DNA from: Camelus dromedarius
Lineage: Eukaryota
Reading direction: 5' to 3'
Length of the DNA: 64,000 nt
NCBI RefSeq assembly: GCF_036321535.1
Contig: NC_087437.1
Span: 97,466,001-97,530,000, forward strand
This document shows positions 38,790-52,032 of the stretch, one piece after another (position 1 is the stretch's first letter; each line of letters starts with the position of its first letter). The notes under the pieces were generated by a model. The model was not told the origin of the DNA. It ran no database searches and worked only from the letters and a program-made list of their open reading frames with translations. Position numbers and translations under genes: made by a program.

Positions 38790-39625
38790 TCCTGCACATG
38801 ATTCACTCACTACTATTTTCAGATATTTTATAGAAGGTCATCTTTGTGAGATCCTCCTTGACATCCTATTAAATTTGGTTTGTTTTGTTTTGATTTCCAC
38901 TGCTACACCTCCACTCTTTGACATTTCTTTCTTGATCAGAATACTTAACACCATTGGCCATATTCGCACCTTGCCTATTACGATACACACTAGAGAGTCT
39001 CTCTAAGTGTAAACAGTATTCAGACTACCACATGGCATTCTAGGAACCCATCTATACGGGGGAGATATTGAAGAACCACAGCCAGCAGGGCAGCATGAAG
39101 AGCTCCTCCCCACACAAGTCCTTAAAGCGGTCCCTGGAACAGTCCTGCCATCCAGCGGGTGTTCAGGTAAAAGGAGATGAGGTACAAAGGCTTCCCTGAT
39201 AACCTCACACACCGAAGAAACCAGTATTTCTTTTGACAATGCTAGGACCACAGCACACAGGGTTCCCACAAGGTCCATTATAATTGCCTGACATTTACGA
39301 AAGCCCAAAATATGGCATCTTCAGTCATGTACTCATAGCTCCTTTATATTTCATACCAATCCAGGTGCAACTGCCCAACTTGGGGTCATTTTTCTTATCA
39401 TAAGTAATACTGTTGAAGTATATAGTTGACAATCTATGCTTATCAGATTTCCAGGGGAACAACATTAGAGTGTTAGCCAAAGGTCAGATTCTCATGCGTC
39501 TGAGAAAGAGAGTTTTACCAGATGTCTGTCCACAATTTTTTTCCCTTTCCTGATGCCTTTCTCTCTCGACTATAAATATTCCAAAGCAGGGATGTTTGTC
39601 TCTTTGTTCATGCTGAATACTGATT
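38790..39625 (+). mobile_element. L2 3' fragment split by an unclassified insertion of about 570 bp
   Basis: L2 text at about 38790-38960 (ggtcatctttgtgagatcctccttgacatcctatt) resumes at about 39530-39625 (gactataaatattccaaagcaggga...tttgtctctttgttca). Confidence 0.5.
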
Positions 39626-39674
39626 AACTAACTAGTCTCTCTAATGAGACAGAAGTAGAATTGTCATAAAAATG

Positions 39675-39845
39675 AATGTCTCAGTTTTCTTTTCTATAGA
39701 ATGAGGATAATAGCAAGACCTAACTAGTGGTGTTACTAGTCAGGTAAGGATAAAATGAGACAATACTTGTAAAACACTTAGCACAGGGCCTTGCATATTG
39801 TCAATGCTAAGTAAGAGCTAATATTATAATTTTTACTATTATTGC
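39675..39845 (+). mobile_element. MIR SINE
   Basis: tctcagttttcttttctatagaatgaggataatag...ggataaaatgagacaatacttgtaaaacacttagcacagggcc. Confidence 0.75.
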
Positions 39846-39919
39846 CAATAATCTATAGAAATTCAAACAGGCAAATATCTAAAATCAAGTCAACAAATAA
39901 ACCTAATGAAAAATAAATA

Positions 39920-42400
39920 AGTAAGCCCCAGTATGTTAGTTTCTATTGTTGAGTCATGCTGAAAATTCTCATACGTGTTATTAACCTTTCTGTTGTGTCT
40001 AATTTAAACAAGATGATTTGATCTCCTTCTGGAATACTAATATAATTTCCCCATAAAATACATCCCTTTTGGATAGTTACTGTTTTTTTAAAGACTAGTC
40101 TTATGTCTTTTTTTTTTTTTTTAAAGTACTTTTTGGCTGGATATTCTCAGCTAAGCTATGTTGGCTAATTTGTGCTCTCAAAGTTGTTCATAAGTCATTC
40201 AGTCTTCAAATGTGAGCCAGGAGACTCTTTAAAACATAACTGATCATAAAGGTGGGCTAAGTAAATCTGAGGTCTAAAATGGGAGAAGGTTCAGAATCAT
40301 AGGACTCTGAATCTTAGGACTACCTGTGAATACTCCAGCCATGTGCGGAGCACACAGGGGAAGATAATTACTTGTGCAGTCCAGTCAGTAAGGGTGGTTC
40401 TTAATTACTTGGAGATAGAGATCATTTTCTTATGATATATCAACTGAGGTCATTCTTTAACACCTTTTAAAACTTCAGTTATGTATCATGATTTGATGTT
40501 TGTTCAGTCCAACGTTTTGTAAATTATTATCTATAAAATCATTAATGCCATCAACATCTTCACATTTATTAGAGTTAAACATGGAAGTCTTTTATTTTCT
40601 ACATTTTTGTTTCTACAGTTTCCATTCCTAATTTTGCTTCTGTTGTGTTTTTTTCTCATTCCATATACTGGATGATTATCTTGTCTGTGTGCCTATATGA
40701 GTGTGTGACAATCATAACGTGTGTCCTGTATATCACTCATAGCACATGTGTCATGCACATGCATAGGCCATGGTATAGATAGTACACATTATACTCTGGG
40801 TGGAGTTTTGCTTTTATCCCATATGTTTTGATACTGAATGGACTCATTATCTGAGATGACCCTATATAGCTAAGAATAGATCTTTTACTTCCTTCATATA
40901 TGAATAATCATTGAGTTATACTTTTCATTATTTGGGTTATAAATTGACTTAAAATGTTAGTGGTCAGTGCAGCATACACTTCTCTTATTTAGTGTTGCAG
41001 AGATGTTCACAAAAAGTTTGATTTTATTATTTTGCTTTGTAATTGTTCTTTCATTTTTGTTCAGTGATGACAATTTTTTTTATCATTGGAAATAAAAATT
41101 GTTTCTCCCTAGTACTTCATTCATTAATTTGTCCTGTTACACAATGCACCTTCTCAACTCACAACTCATAGTTTGCCTCAGCTCATTAAGTTTTCTTCTA
41201 TTATGTCTTTAATCATTGTTTATATTCCATAGGTTCTGATATCAACTTAAGTAACAAAGTTTTATGTTAGCATCTATCTTCCCTTTGTTCATAGTTTGCA
41301 TCTTAGTCTCTTCCCCACCCTCCTAACATTATAGAGGAGCATCATAAGTGTGACTTGTACATCACTTCTTCCTCCAGTTTAATTCCACTTCTTATTGCTT
41401 CTGATGCTGGCATTAATTCTGTGATTACTGTTTACACTGTATAATCTTTACTGCCACCTAACTCATAGATAGTTCACTTTTTGTACAGTCTATTGTCTTA
41501 TCTATTCTGTTTAATGAGCTCTAACTTAGCTGATTTTATTTTAATTACAAAGCATCTATAATTTACTTTTGTTTTCAGAAGAAAGATTTCCTTCAGTATC
41601 TTGAAGGCTACATTCTACATTTTTAAAGCATGTTGGTTGACTGCATAGTTTCCATTTTCTCCTGTTTGAGTAATGTTTATACAATCTTCTTGTTTGGTAA
41701 CTGAGGGTAGTGGACTCTCCTTTCTGAAATTTCTTAGGCTTCATTCCACTGTGAATATGACATGATAGTCAGGGGAAGACACTTTTCTTGCGAGTTAGAA
41801 ATTTAGAGCATTCTTCTCCCGCAAATCTATTAAACCCAGTTCTTTTCCACTATTGACTTTGCATCTTTTGAAACAAAATCCCCAACACATTTCTCATTTA
41901 GTGGCATTATGTCGTTGGTGAGCTATTCCAGAGGAGTATTAATGAGAGTTGCTTGCTACTGAGGATTAGGAGTGTTTTGCTCCATCCATTTGGTTACTGA
42001 AAAACCCATACCTGTAAGGTAGGCACACAGAACTAAGAACGTTGAAAGAATCTCCTTTCCAATTTCTTGAGAGGTCCGTTTGCTTGTTTTTTCCTTCTTT
42101 AGATAATCTTGTGCTGGGGGAGGGAGGGTGTTTTATATTTTCTAGGGCATTTCTACCATTTTTCCTCAGGGCTTCACATGACTGTGGTTACTGGAAATAC
42201 TTTAGGGGATCTGGCATGTATTTGACCAATGGCTTTTAACTTTTTCACACATCTGAGAAGTGAAGTCAGAGACCTTAGATTTCTGATATCTTAATCAGGA
42301 AGTCCTACTGATATTTATAACTATGCTGTTGTAAATTCTTATACTCATGAAGTTGAACGAGAGTCTCTGAGGGAGACATTCATCTTGAAAACTGACAGAA
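39920..42400 (-). mobile_element. Highly decayed L1/HAL1-like sequence
   Basis: T-rich plus strand with scattered reverse L1-like phrases; boundaries and family uncertain. Confidence 0.4.
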
Positions 42401-43564
42401 CAAAAATGGTGTAAAATACCATAAACTTTTATCGACGTAATCACTGAAATTTCTACTATATTTTTCTTCTCTATGTCACTTATATCTCTATTGTAAACAT
42501 TTATACAGAAGAAAATTTATACTACGGCCTTCTCCTCCTTAAATAGAGAAACCACCATGACATAAAGCCCCAACTGGATATTTTAGGACATTACCTGTTG
42601 AAAAATACCAATTTGAATTCTTAGAAAGAATGAAGTTAGAGGACGTTTATATTTAAAAAAAATTATAAGAAACATATGTATGTATATAACTATATAATCA
42701 TGATCTATATCGTATTATTCACATTATTTTATATATTAAATACATATATAATGATGATATATATTATAACATATTGTGCATAATAATATTATAAATACTA
42801 TTTTTTCAGGCAGGCCTGGGTGAGTATTCAATAAATATATGCCTTATGCCTATCTGACAGAAGGGAACTCTTACAAATAACCAATGCCAAAAATCTCTTC
42901 TTGTGGGGTAGAGAATTTATTTAAAAAAGCCAATATCCACTTCTTATAAAGAGGAAAGGAACCCAGAACACAGAGCAGGTAAAAACAAGATTGATCACAT
43001 ATAAAAGAAAATGAGGAAGCAGGCTGATGACATCAGGGACTTTTCATGTATGAAGTTTTATGTTGGACAGAATCTACATAATTTACATAAAGGCAATAGA
43101 AACACAATGATGATTACACAAAGAGACAAATATAAAGACTAGAAAATGCAAATCAACTTCCTTTGTTCAAATAAAATTTACATCTCAAAAGTATTCCGAA
43201 ACAGACATAATCAGCCATGTTTTACTCAACAGAAAAGGGGTAATAAGTTTTTCTACATTTAGGCTGTAAATGCAAAATACCTTCATAAGTAGCATGCTAA
43301 ATAAAATGTGACTTGAGGAAGATGTTTTTATAAGTGCAAAAATGAAAGTCTTCAGTGATTTCTATCGAGAAAATACTTTAAATTGCTCTTTTGTCAAGGT
43401 TGCCTGAGTCACTGAATGTTTGCATTTTTCTAATTTTCAAAATGAACAAAGGACTCTTGATGTCAGTTCTTTAGGATAGTCTCACAGATTAAATATGTCC
43501 TGATAATTACTCTTAAACAAGGATACATCACTAAGATAAAATTTTATAAAGTAGCTAAAGAGCC

Positions 43565-46500
43565 TGAATCTACTGTCAGTCCTCCAATTTTGTTCTTCTT
43601 AATCATACACTTGATTTTTCTGGGCTTGTTAAGGGGTACTATAAATGCTAATGTGTTTTTAATTTCAAATTCCATTTGTTCATTGATAGTATAAAGGAAA
43701 ATGACTTCGGTATGTTAACCTTGTAACCTACAACTTCGGTATTAATTCCAGGAGGGATTTTTACTGGTCTTGTTGTTATTTGCAGTTCTTCAGAGACAGT
43801 CATGTTATCTTCAAAGACAGGTTGTTTTTATCTTCCCAATCTGCATATCTCTTATCTCCTTTTTGTGTTTTATTGTACTAGCTATGACTCACAGAACAAT
43901 ATTGAAAAGCGGTGGTGAGAAGGGACATACTTGCCGTGTTCCCAATCTCAGTGGGAAAGTTTCAAGTTTTTCACCATTAAGTATGATGTTAGCTGAATGT
44001 TTTTTTGGTAGATATTATTTATCAAGTTAAGGGAAGTCCCTCTATTCTTAGTTTACTGAACGTTCTTTTATCATGAATGTATGTTGGGTTTTATGGAATG
44101 CTGTTTCTGTATCTATTGATATAATCATATGAATTTTCTTCTTAAGTCTGTTGATATGGTAGATTAAGCTAAATGATTTTTGAATGCTGAATCAACCTTG
44201 CAGACCTGGGATAAATTTCATTTTTCATGGTGTGCTGTTCTTTTTATACATCATTGGATTCATTTGTTAAATTTGGTTCACAATTTTTGCATCTATGTTT
44301 GTGGGATATATTGGTCTATAGTTTATTTTTCTTGTAAGTCTTTGTCTCACTTTGGTATTAGGGAAATGCTGGCATCATAGAAGGAATAAGGAAGTATTAC
44401 CTATGCTTCTATCCTATGAAAGAGATTATAAAGTATTGGTATAAATTCTTCCTTAAATGCTTGGTAGAATTCACCAGTGAACCCATCTGGGCCTGGTGCT
44501 TTGCTTTAGGAGGTTAGTAAATATCAATTTTCACTCCTTTAATAGATATTGGCCTATTCAGACTGTGTATACATTCTTGCATGAACTTTGGTAGCTAGTG
44601 TCTATCAATGAATCAAAATGGTCCATTTTACGTAGGTTATCAAATTTGTAGGCATAGAGTTGCTTGCAGTATTCCTTTATTACCATTTTAATGTTCGTGG
44701 GATCTGTAATAATGACCTCTCTTTCATTTCTGGTATTAATAATTTGTGTTCTCTCTCTTTTTTCTTAGGTAACCTGCCTAGAGGTTTTTAATGATCTTTT
44801 CAAAGAACCAGCATTTGATTTTGTTGATTTTCTCTCTTGATTTTCTGTTTTCAGGAAATTGATTTCTGCTCTAATTTTTATTTTTTTTCTTCTCTTTACT
44901 TTGACTTAAATTGTACTTCAAGTTTACTAAGAAGGAAACTTACATTATTGATTTTTGATCTTCATTTTACTATATGCATTCAATGCTATAAATTTCACTC
45001 TGCTTTTGCTGCATTTCACAGCTCTATTTTCATTTTCATTATTTCAAAACATTTATTCATTTCTTTTGAGAGTTCTTTGACCCATGTGTTATTTAGAAAT
45101 GTCCAGCTTAATCTCAATGTATTTTGGGACTTTCCAGGTCTCTTTCTGTTATTGATTTTTAGTTTAAATTCCATTATAATTTGAAAGTAGACATTGTATG
45201 ATTTCTAGTCTTTTAAATTTGTTAAGGTGTGTGCTATGGTCCAGAATGTAGTCAATCTTGGTGAATATAACATGTGAGCTTGAAAAAGTATGTATAATCT
45301 GCTGTTGTTGGATAAAGTAGTTTATACACATCAATTACATTCATTTCACTGATGGTGCTGTTGAGTTCAACTATACTGTTACTAATTTTTTGTCTGTTGT
45401 ATGCAACCATTTCTGGTAGAGACATCTTAAAGACTCCAGTTATAACAGTGGATTCATGTATTTTTCCTTGCAGTACTGTTAGTTTTTGCCTTATATGTTT
45501 TGGCCCTTTTTTAAGACACATACATGTTAAGAATTTTTGTATCTTCTTGGAGTATTAATTCCTTTATCTTATGTAATGGCCTTCTTTATCCCAGATAACT
45601 TTCCTTGCCCTAAAGTCTGCAATGTCTGAAATGAATATAACTACGTGTACTTTCTTTTTATTAATAATAGCATATTATATTTTTCTCCATCTCTTTACCA
45701 TTAATCCATGTGTATATTTATATTTAAAGTGGGTGGGTTTCTTGGAGACAGCATATAGTTGGGTCTCATTTTTTTATCAACTCTATTAAGTGTCTTTTAA
45801 AAGACATTCTCTGTCTTTTCCTTGTTGTATTTAGGTCATTGATGTTTAAGGTGATTATTGATATAGTTGGATTAATGCCTACCATATTAGTTACTGTTTT
45901 CCATTTGTTGCCCTTATCTTTTATTCCTATTTTTATCTTCCACACTTTCTCTGCCTTTTGTGGCTTTAATCAAGCACTTACAAGATTCTATTTTATCTTC
46001 TTTCTTATCAATTATGCCTTTTTGTATTTTTTTCATGTGTGTGTGTGTGACTTCCCTAGAGTTTGCCATATACATTTACAACTAATCTAAGTCCATTTTC
46101 AAACAACGCAATGCCACTTCATGGGTAGCATGAGTGCCTTAAAATAAAAGTATTCCTAATTCCTTCCTCCCATCACTTGTGTCATTGACATCATTCGTGT
46201 CATTTATACATAAGTATATTTACATACATATACACACACACATTTTTTGTAGTTGCCTTACAAAACTACATTTTGGATATTCTTGGGTTTTGCCCCAGTC
46301 TATTTTTTTTTTTTTTTTTTTTTTAGCTTTTCAGTTTTGGAAGTTTCTATTGTCATATTCTCTAGTTCAGAGAGTCTTTCCTTAGCTCTGTTCAGTCTAC
46401 TAACAAGGTCACTAAAGGCATTCTTCTTTTCCATTACATGTTTTTGATCTCAAGCATTTCTTTTTAAATATTTCTCAGAATTTCCATCTCTCTGGTAACA

Positions 46501-47508
46501 TTTTCCATCTGTTCTTGCATGTTGTGCACTTTTCCCATTAAATCCCTTAGCATATTAATCATATTAAAAATTTATTCTGATAATTATAACATTCCAGCCA
46601 TATCCGACTTTGATTCTGGTACTTGCTCAGTGTCTTCAAGATGCATGGTGTCTTGTTGTTTTTGTTGTTGTTGCCGTTTTGTGTGCCTTTAAGTTTTTGT
46701 TAAAAGGCAGACATGATATACCGTATTAAACAGGCCTTTAGTAATATACTGGTCAGGTGTGGGAGGAGGGGTAGCATGCTATAGTCCTATGAGTTACAGC
46801 CTCAAAGTTTTGTGAGCTTGTGTCCCTGGACTTTGAACCTCACCAGTGTATCTCAATTTTGTTTTTTCCTCTTAGTTGGACAGGAAGGATTAGAGGATCC
46901 TTGAATTGTGTATTTCTCTTCCCCTACGTGAAAGACTAGAAGTCTCTGCAGTTGGGTATTTCTCTTCCTTCGGTTAGGTTAGGCTCTGATAAAACTCCAG
47001 CACTTAAACCTCTGGTAAAATAGTTTCTCTTGAGAACAGGCCTTGTTAAGAGAACAGGATGCTCAGGCATGTGTCAACATAGTGTTTTTTGTTTTTCTCT
47101 CTCCCAGCCAGAAGCACAGGGGGGGTTTTCTCTGGTATATCCTGAGGACTTAGCAGAGATACTGGAGGTAAAACTCACAAAAGTTTGAGGGCCTCCCATA
47201 TCTGTGTCCCCTGGAGTTTTTAACTTGCACAGTTGTCCACACTGAGCCTCCAGCAATCCATCCACTACATTTCAGGTTCTCCTACCCTAGCACTGGTTCC
47301 TTCAGAGGTTTCTGCTCCAGCCAGTGGTGAGTCTCTGGCCCTGCCTATGTGTCTCAAATTATGGGCAAACAAATTTTTCCTATGATCTCTTTTCTCTGAT
47401 GGATCTAAGGAGAGTTGTTGATTTTTCAGTCTGTTACACTTTTTACTTGTTAGGATGGAGTGGTGACTTCTAAGCTCTTTTACAAGTCAAACTGGAAACT
47501 GGAAGTTT
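43565..47508 (-). mobile_element. Old L1 (L1MD/MC-like) retaining its 5' end and ORF2 N-terminal part, internally deleted and lacking the 3' end
   Basis: Reverse ORF2 text at 43.6-45.9 kb (ggtagaattcaccagtgaacccatctgggcctgg; ORF 45252-45521 is endonuclease-like); reverse complement of the right end reads ACTTCCAGTTTCCAG...AGAAGTCACCACTCC, an L1MDa-like 5' end. Confidence 0.85.
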
Positions 47509-47774
47509 AAGGGATATTTGTTAATTAAAAAAATCTGCTCTATTTACTCCTGTTTAAAATTATGATGTACAATGCTCTTGATAGGTTATTCCCCTTTTTA
47601 AAACTGGTAACAAAAATTGGAATTCTTTGATGTCTGATGAAGAACTTGTTTTTGTAAATCAGAAATAATGAAGAACACTAAGCTGTATGGCATTTCTATA
47701 ACAATTAATTAATGTAGGACAAGAATCATAACATTGTGTAGGGTGTCTTTGAGAATGAACTATATATATGAATT

Positions 47775-47777
47775 AAC

Positions 47778-47824
<47 letters not shown>

Positions 47825-47828
47825 AAAC

Positions 47829-47893
<65 letters not shown>
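47775..47893. repeat. Tandemly duplicated (AT)n palindrome
   Basis: Two copies of aacttaTATTTT(AT)nAAAATA; the first is a perfect 44-bp palindrome (47781-47824), the second 62 bp with one C (47832-47893). Confidence 0.9.
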
Positions 47894-48177
47894 CAGTTGA
47901 CCTTTAAATAGTGCAGGGGTTGGGGCACCAACTCCCCATGCAGTTGAAAAATCTGTATAGTGTTTTCCTTTGGTATCCACTGGGGATTCGTTCTGGGACC
48001 CACAAGAGATACCAAAAATCTGTTCATGCTCAAGTCCCATAGTTGACCCTCTATACCCATGGTTCTGCATCTATGGATTCAAACAACTCTGAATTGTGGA
48101 GTACTGTATTATTTGAAAAATTTCCATATATAAGTGGACCTGTGCAGTTCAAACCCATGTTTTCCAAGGGCCAACTG
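47894..48177 (-). mobile_element. Tigger2-derived MITE (TcMar-Tigger)
   Basis: TIRs cagttgacctt...aagggccaactg flanked by TA; contains the reverse of the gtttgaactgc...ggtccact motif seen at 25445. Confidence 0.85.
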
Positions 48178-48435
48178 TATATATATTTCCTTATATATTC
48201 TATATACCTATTTATAAATATATGGAATATGTTTATATTTTCTATATATATCTATATCTAATATATATCAGAACTTTTTATATTCTCTCTTTGTATGTGT
48301 ATATATATATATCAGTTAACACTCTTGCATGTTAATTGCATGTTTATTCTCACATCCATTTGTACCTCTTTGTGTGCAGCCCACTAGATTATCAGCCAAC
48401 TCACACATCAGAGCCACGTTAAAATTAACCGTCTT

Positions 48436-48780
48436 ATTTCTTTGCAGTTATATTGAGAAATAATTGATACATAGCACTGTATGAGTTTGAGGTACAGAGC
48501 ATGATTTGACTAACATCCATCATGAAATGATTACCACAATACATTTATTGAACATCCATCATCTCATAGACACAAAATAAAATAGAAAGAAAAAATAATT
48601 TCCTTGTGATAAGAACTCAGGATTCACTCTCTTAACAATTGTCATGTATAACACACAGCAGCATTAATTATATTAATCATAATGCATATAACATTCCTAG
48701 TGTTTATTTATCTTATAGCTGGAAATTTGTACCTTTTGATCATCTTCATCTAATTCCCTCTCCTGCCACCTCTAAACTAT
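48436..48780 (-). mobile_element. L1 3' UTR fragment (L1MA9-like)
   Basis: tattgagaaataattgacata...gaaatgattaccacaat...gaactcaggattcactctcttaacaa...tttgtaccttttga. Confidence 0.75.
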
Positions 48781-49454
48781 CTATTTTTTCAATAACTCAA
48801 TATACACTGGTTTATTGGTAATATTGACAGTTCTTAAGAATTTCAGAAATACCCTTAAATATATGTTTACACATATACTCAAATTTATATATATATTGGG
48901 GGCTGTGTGTTATACAAACACTGAAGCAGATTATAAGTAGAGTTTAAGCACACAATCATGCAGCATTTCCAAGCACACAGGTGTTACATGCGGTTTCATA
49001 ACACAAAAATGTTTAGAGATTCCCTAAGTAATGTACCTGGTTCTAACGTGGACACATTCTGAATCTTTAAATACTTCATTTAATTATATTAATTTAGTTA
49101 AATTAGGTTTCCATATGTTTCAAAGAATAAGATGTGGACTGGGGACTAAATGAGTCTATGGAGAATATGCTAACAGCCTCTTGAGCAGCAAGGACTATGA
49201 TTAATGAGATTCCTGTCTGTAAGACGGAAATCCTTCAGTCTCTGTACGTAGATCACATATACACAGACATATAAACCCTGTACTTCTGAACTATTCTGTG
49301 GCAATAAAAAGGAGATGTGGGTGGAGTACTAGTATGAGGCAGATCTTGGAAGAAAATTTAAGTCAGATATTAGAGTAGAAATTCTAATATGTAGGCAAAT
49401 TCTGGTCAAGACAGATGGAAGAGTATTATGTGTAATTAAATGTAAGATTTAGAA

Positions 49455-49645
49455 AAGGCTTAGAGTTCAAATCCTGCATCTGTACCCCAATTAACTATGT
49501 GATTTGGAACAACTTCTTTAACTTCTCTGTTCCTCAGCTTCCTCATCTGTAAAATGGTGATTATAACTGCATCACAGAATTGTGGTGAGGATCAAATGAT
49601 GTAATGCTTATAAAATGTGTAGCACAATTAACGGCACATAATATG
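49455..49645 (+). mobile_element. MIR SINE
   Basis: agttcaaatcctgc...taacttctctgttcctcagcttcctcatctgtaaaatgg...gtgaggatcaaatga. Confidence 0.8.
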
Positions 49646-50699
49646 GGTGTATTACTTAGGACTCTGTTGCTTGTGGACAGAGAAAATATCAAATAAGTAC
49701 CAATGCTTTAATTCATATAACTTAGAAGTCTACATGTAGCTTTATAAAGGGCTTATTAGCAACCATTTCCTCTCTCTTTCTCCAATTTAAAATCTTCTAT
49801 TTAGCTTCACACTTGGGCTGTTACCTTCATAATTACAAGATGGTAGCAACTGTTTCTCACATTCCCTCAGCAAAGAACACAAAAGTGCCTGCCTTTTTCT
49901 CATAAACCCCAACAAAAGTCTTACATATCATCGATTCTGTATTTTTTTTCCTCATCACTACTGTAATCATTCAGTCCTCTTACAAACAATAGAATGAAAC
50001 TGGCAAAGGGATAGTTTCTTAGGTGTAGGTTGGACTAAGATGACCAATAGATGGATAGCTTCCAAATGCTTCTTTCATAAGCATTTGGGAGTAATAACTA
50101 TCACCCTGCTATCACTATAGAGGTTGCTGTTAATGGAATTTTCATGGACCTATTTAGAGAAGAGGCAAAGGATATGCACCTGAGAAAGGATACATGCTCA
50201 CATGAGTTGACAAGAAATTAAAGGTTCAATGATTTCTGTTTTGCAATACATAGAACCAAAAGCAGTATTTAAAATAAGTACATGAAGAGCAAATCAGGCA
50301 AGTGTAGACAGGCTTTAGAAACAAGAGAGACCCCATTCAGATGCTGGCCCTATCAGGTCACTGGTGACCGACAGACAAGAACTGTGTAGGTATCACCATT
50401 GTCTTACGGTTGGCAAAGAACTGCAGCTCAGTCGTTAGCCTACACGTTTTTTGTGATCTAAAAACTTAATAACTTTCCCCACTTTAAGATGCAAAAGCCC
50501 CACAAAATGTGCTGGCAAGAATGTGCTATTTTAATTTCCCCATGCTGTTCCTTTAAAAAAAGAATGTTGTTCCCATGATGAATGGTAGTTAATCTTAAAG
50601 ACTCCCAATGCTTCCTTCAATTCCAAATCTACAAGAACACTGGTTTAAAATAATGGCATATTTGTTATTCTTAATACTTATTTAAAAATTATTATCATT

Positions 50700-52032
50700 T
50701 TCTTTCCTGGTCTTAATATTCTCCCAAATGCCCTAAACTTTGCAGTTTCTGTGTTATCTTCTTATTCTCTCTACATGACTTCCATACGTGTATCTTCTAC
50801 TGCCATCAATTTTTGATCACTTACAAATCTCTACCGTAATCTCAGCTCTTTCTCCCAGGTTCCAGACCTACAATTCTATTGGCTCACAGACAATGGATGT
50901 TCAACACTTCCCAGACTGAATTCATGATCTCCGTCTCAAACCTGTTCTTTCTATTACATTCTAAATAGATGGTCATAATTCATCCTGTCTCTCATGCTTG
51001 GAATGGAGAAGTCCCTTCATTTATTCTTTTTTCTCTTATCTTACCCACCATATCAGCAATACATTTTGTTGACTTTAATTTAGAAAACTTTCTTGAGGCT
51101 ACTTTGTCTACCTCATGCCCATGGTGATTGCCTTAGTTCACATCCTCATAAGCTCACATTGGAAAAATCATCCATTTTTTAAAGTATTTACTGAGTAGTT
51201 ACTATGACCCAGGCAATATTCTGGTCACCAAGGCTATGCCAAAGAACCCCACAAATATAAAATTCCACAAATTCTAGTGGGAAAATCATAATTCAATTGT
51301 TCCTGTTGTAATATTTTTAAAAGAAAAATAAAGTAGGAAATGGAGATAAATAGCAACAGGGGCTGTTATATAAATAAGGTGATTGGTGTCTAACCATGGA
51401 AAGTGGCAAAAGTAGGGTCGAGACCGGAAGGAGGTGAGGATGAAAGCCTTGTCACTCCCTCCTACTGCAACTGGTCTCTATCGAGTTGTCGCTCTCTTCT
51501 GAACAACCTCTTCCATGGTAACACAGGGTTATTTTTTTAAGGGTAAGCTCAATCCAGCAGCTCTTCTTTTGAAGAAGCTCTTGTCACCCGTAGCACAGAA
51601 CTCATCCTCCTTTACCTGGCTGTTTACCCTTGCCCCTGCCCCTCGCTCCCCACCGTGCATCCTATGCTCTCCTCATCTAAACTCCCCATTGTTCTCTAAA
51701 CACATCAACCCTTTTATGCCTCTATGCAAGCTGCTTTGTTTTTACTTTTTTAATACTTTTGTTTTTATCTAAAAGGAGCCTTCCACCTCTCTGCCTATTA
51801 AACTTCGGCTTTAAGGATTCATCTTACCTCCTCTGGTCAGCCTTCCCGAACTTCTAGTAATGATAACGGTCACACCATTTCTTATACCTACGTTGTCACG
51901 GCATGCCACACAGTGGATTGGGATTCTTTATCTTTCACATCAGCCTACTTTTAAAGACTTTTACTTATCTGAGCATATGGCACAGAGTTAGATTAAAATA
52001 GTTGGTAAATGTTTGTTTGTTGACTGAATCAA
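50700..52032 (+). mobile_element. L2 fragment with a second L2 3' end nested in antisense at about 51165-51455
   Basis: Plus-strand L2 text breaks at about 51160 and resumes at about 51460, ending gtaaatgtttgtttgttgactgaat; the intervening tatttactgagtagttactatgacccaggca is a reverse L2 tail. Confidence 0.65.

Noticed and set aside
43770..46447. Many hydrophobic plus-strand ORFs
   Set aside because: Antisense readings of a T-rich old L1.
51165..52032. L2-derived miRNA hairpin from opposed L2 tails
   Set aside because: The tails point apart, lie about 800 bp from each other and are diverged; known L2-derived miRNAs come from directly adjoining tails.
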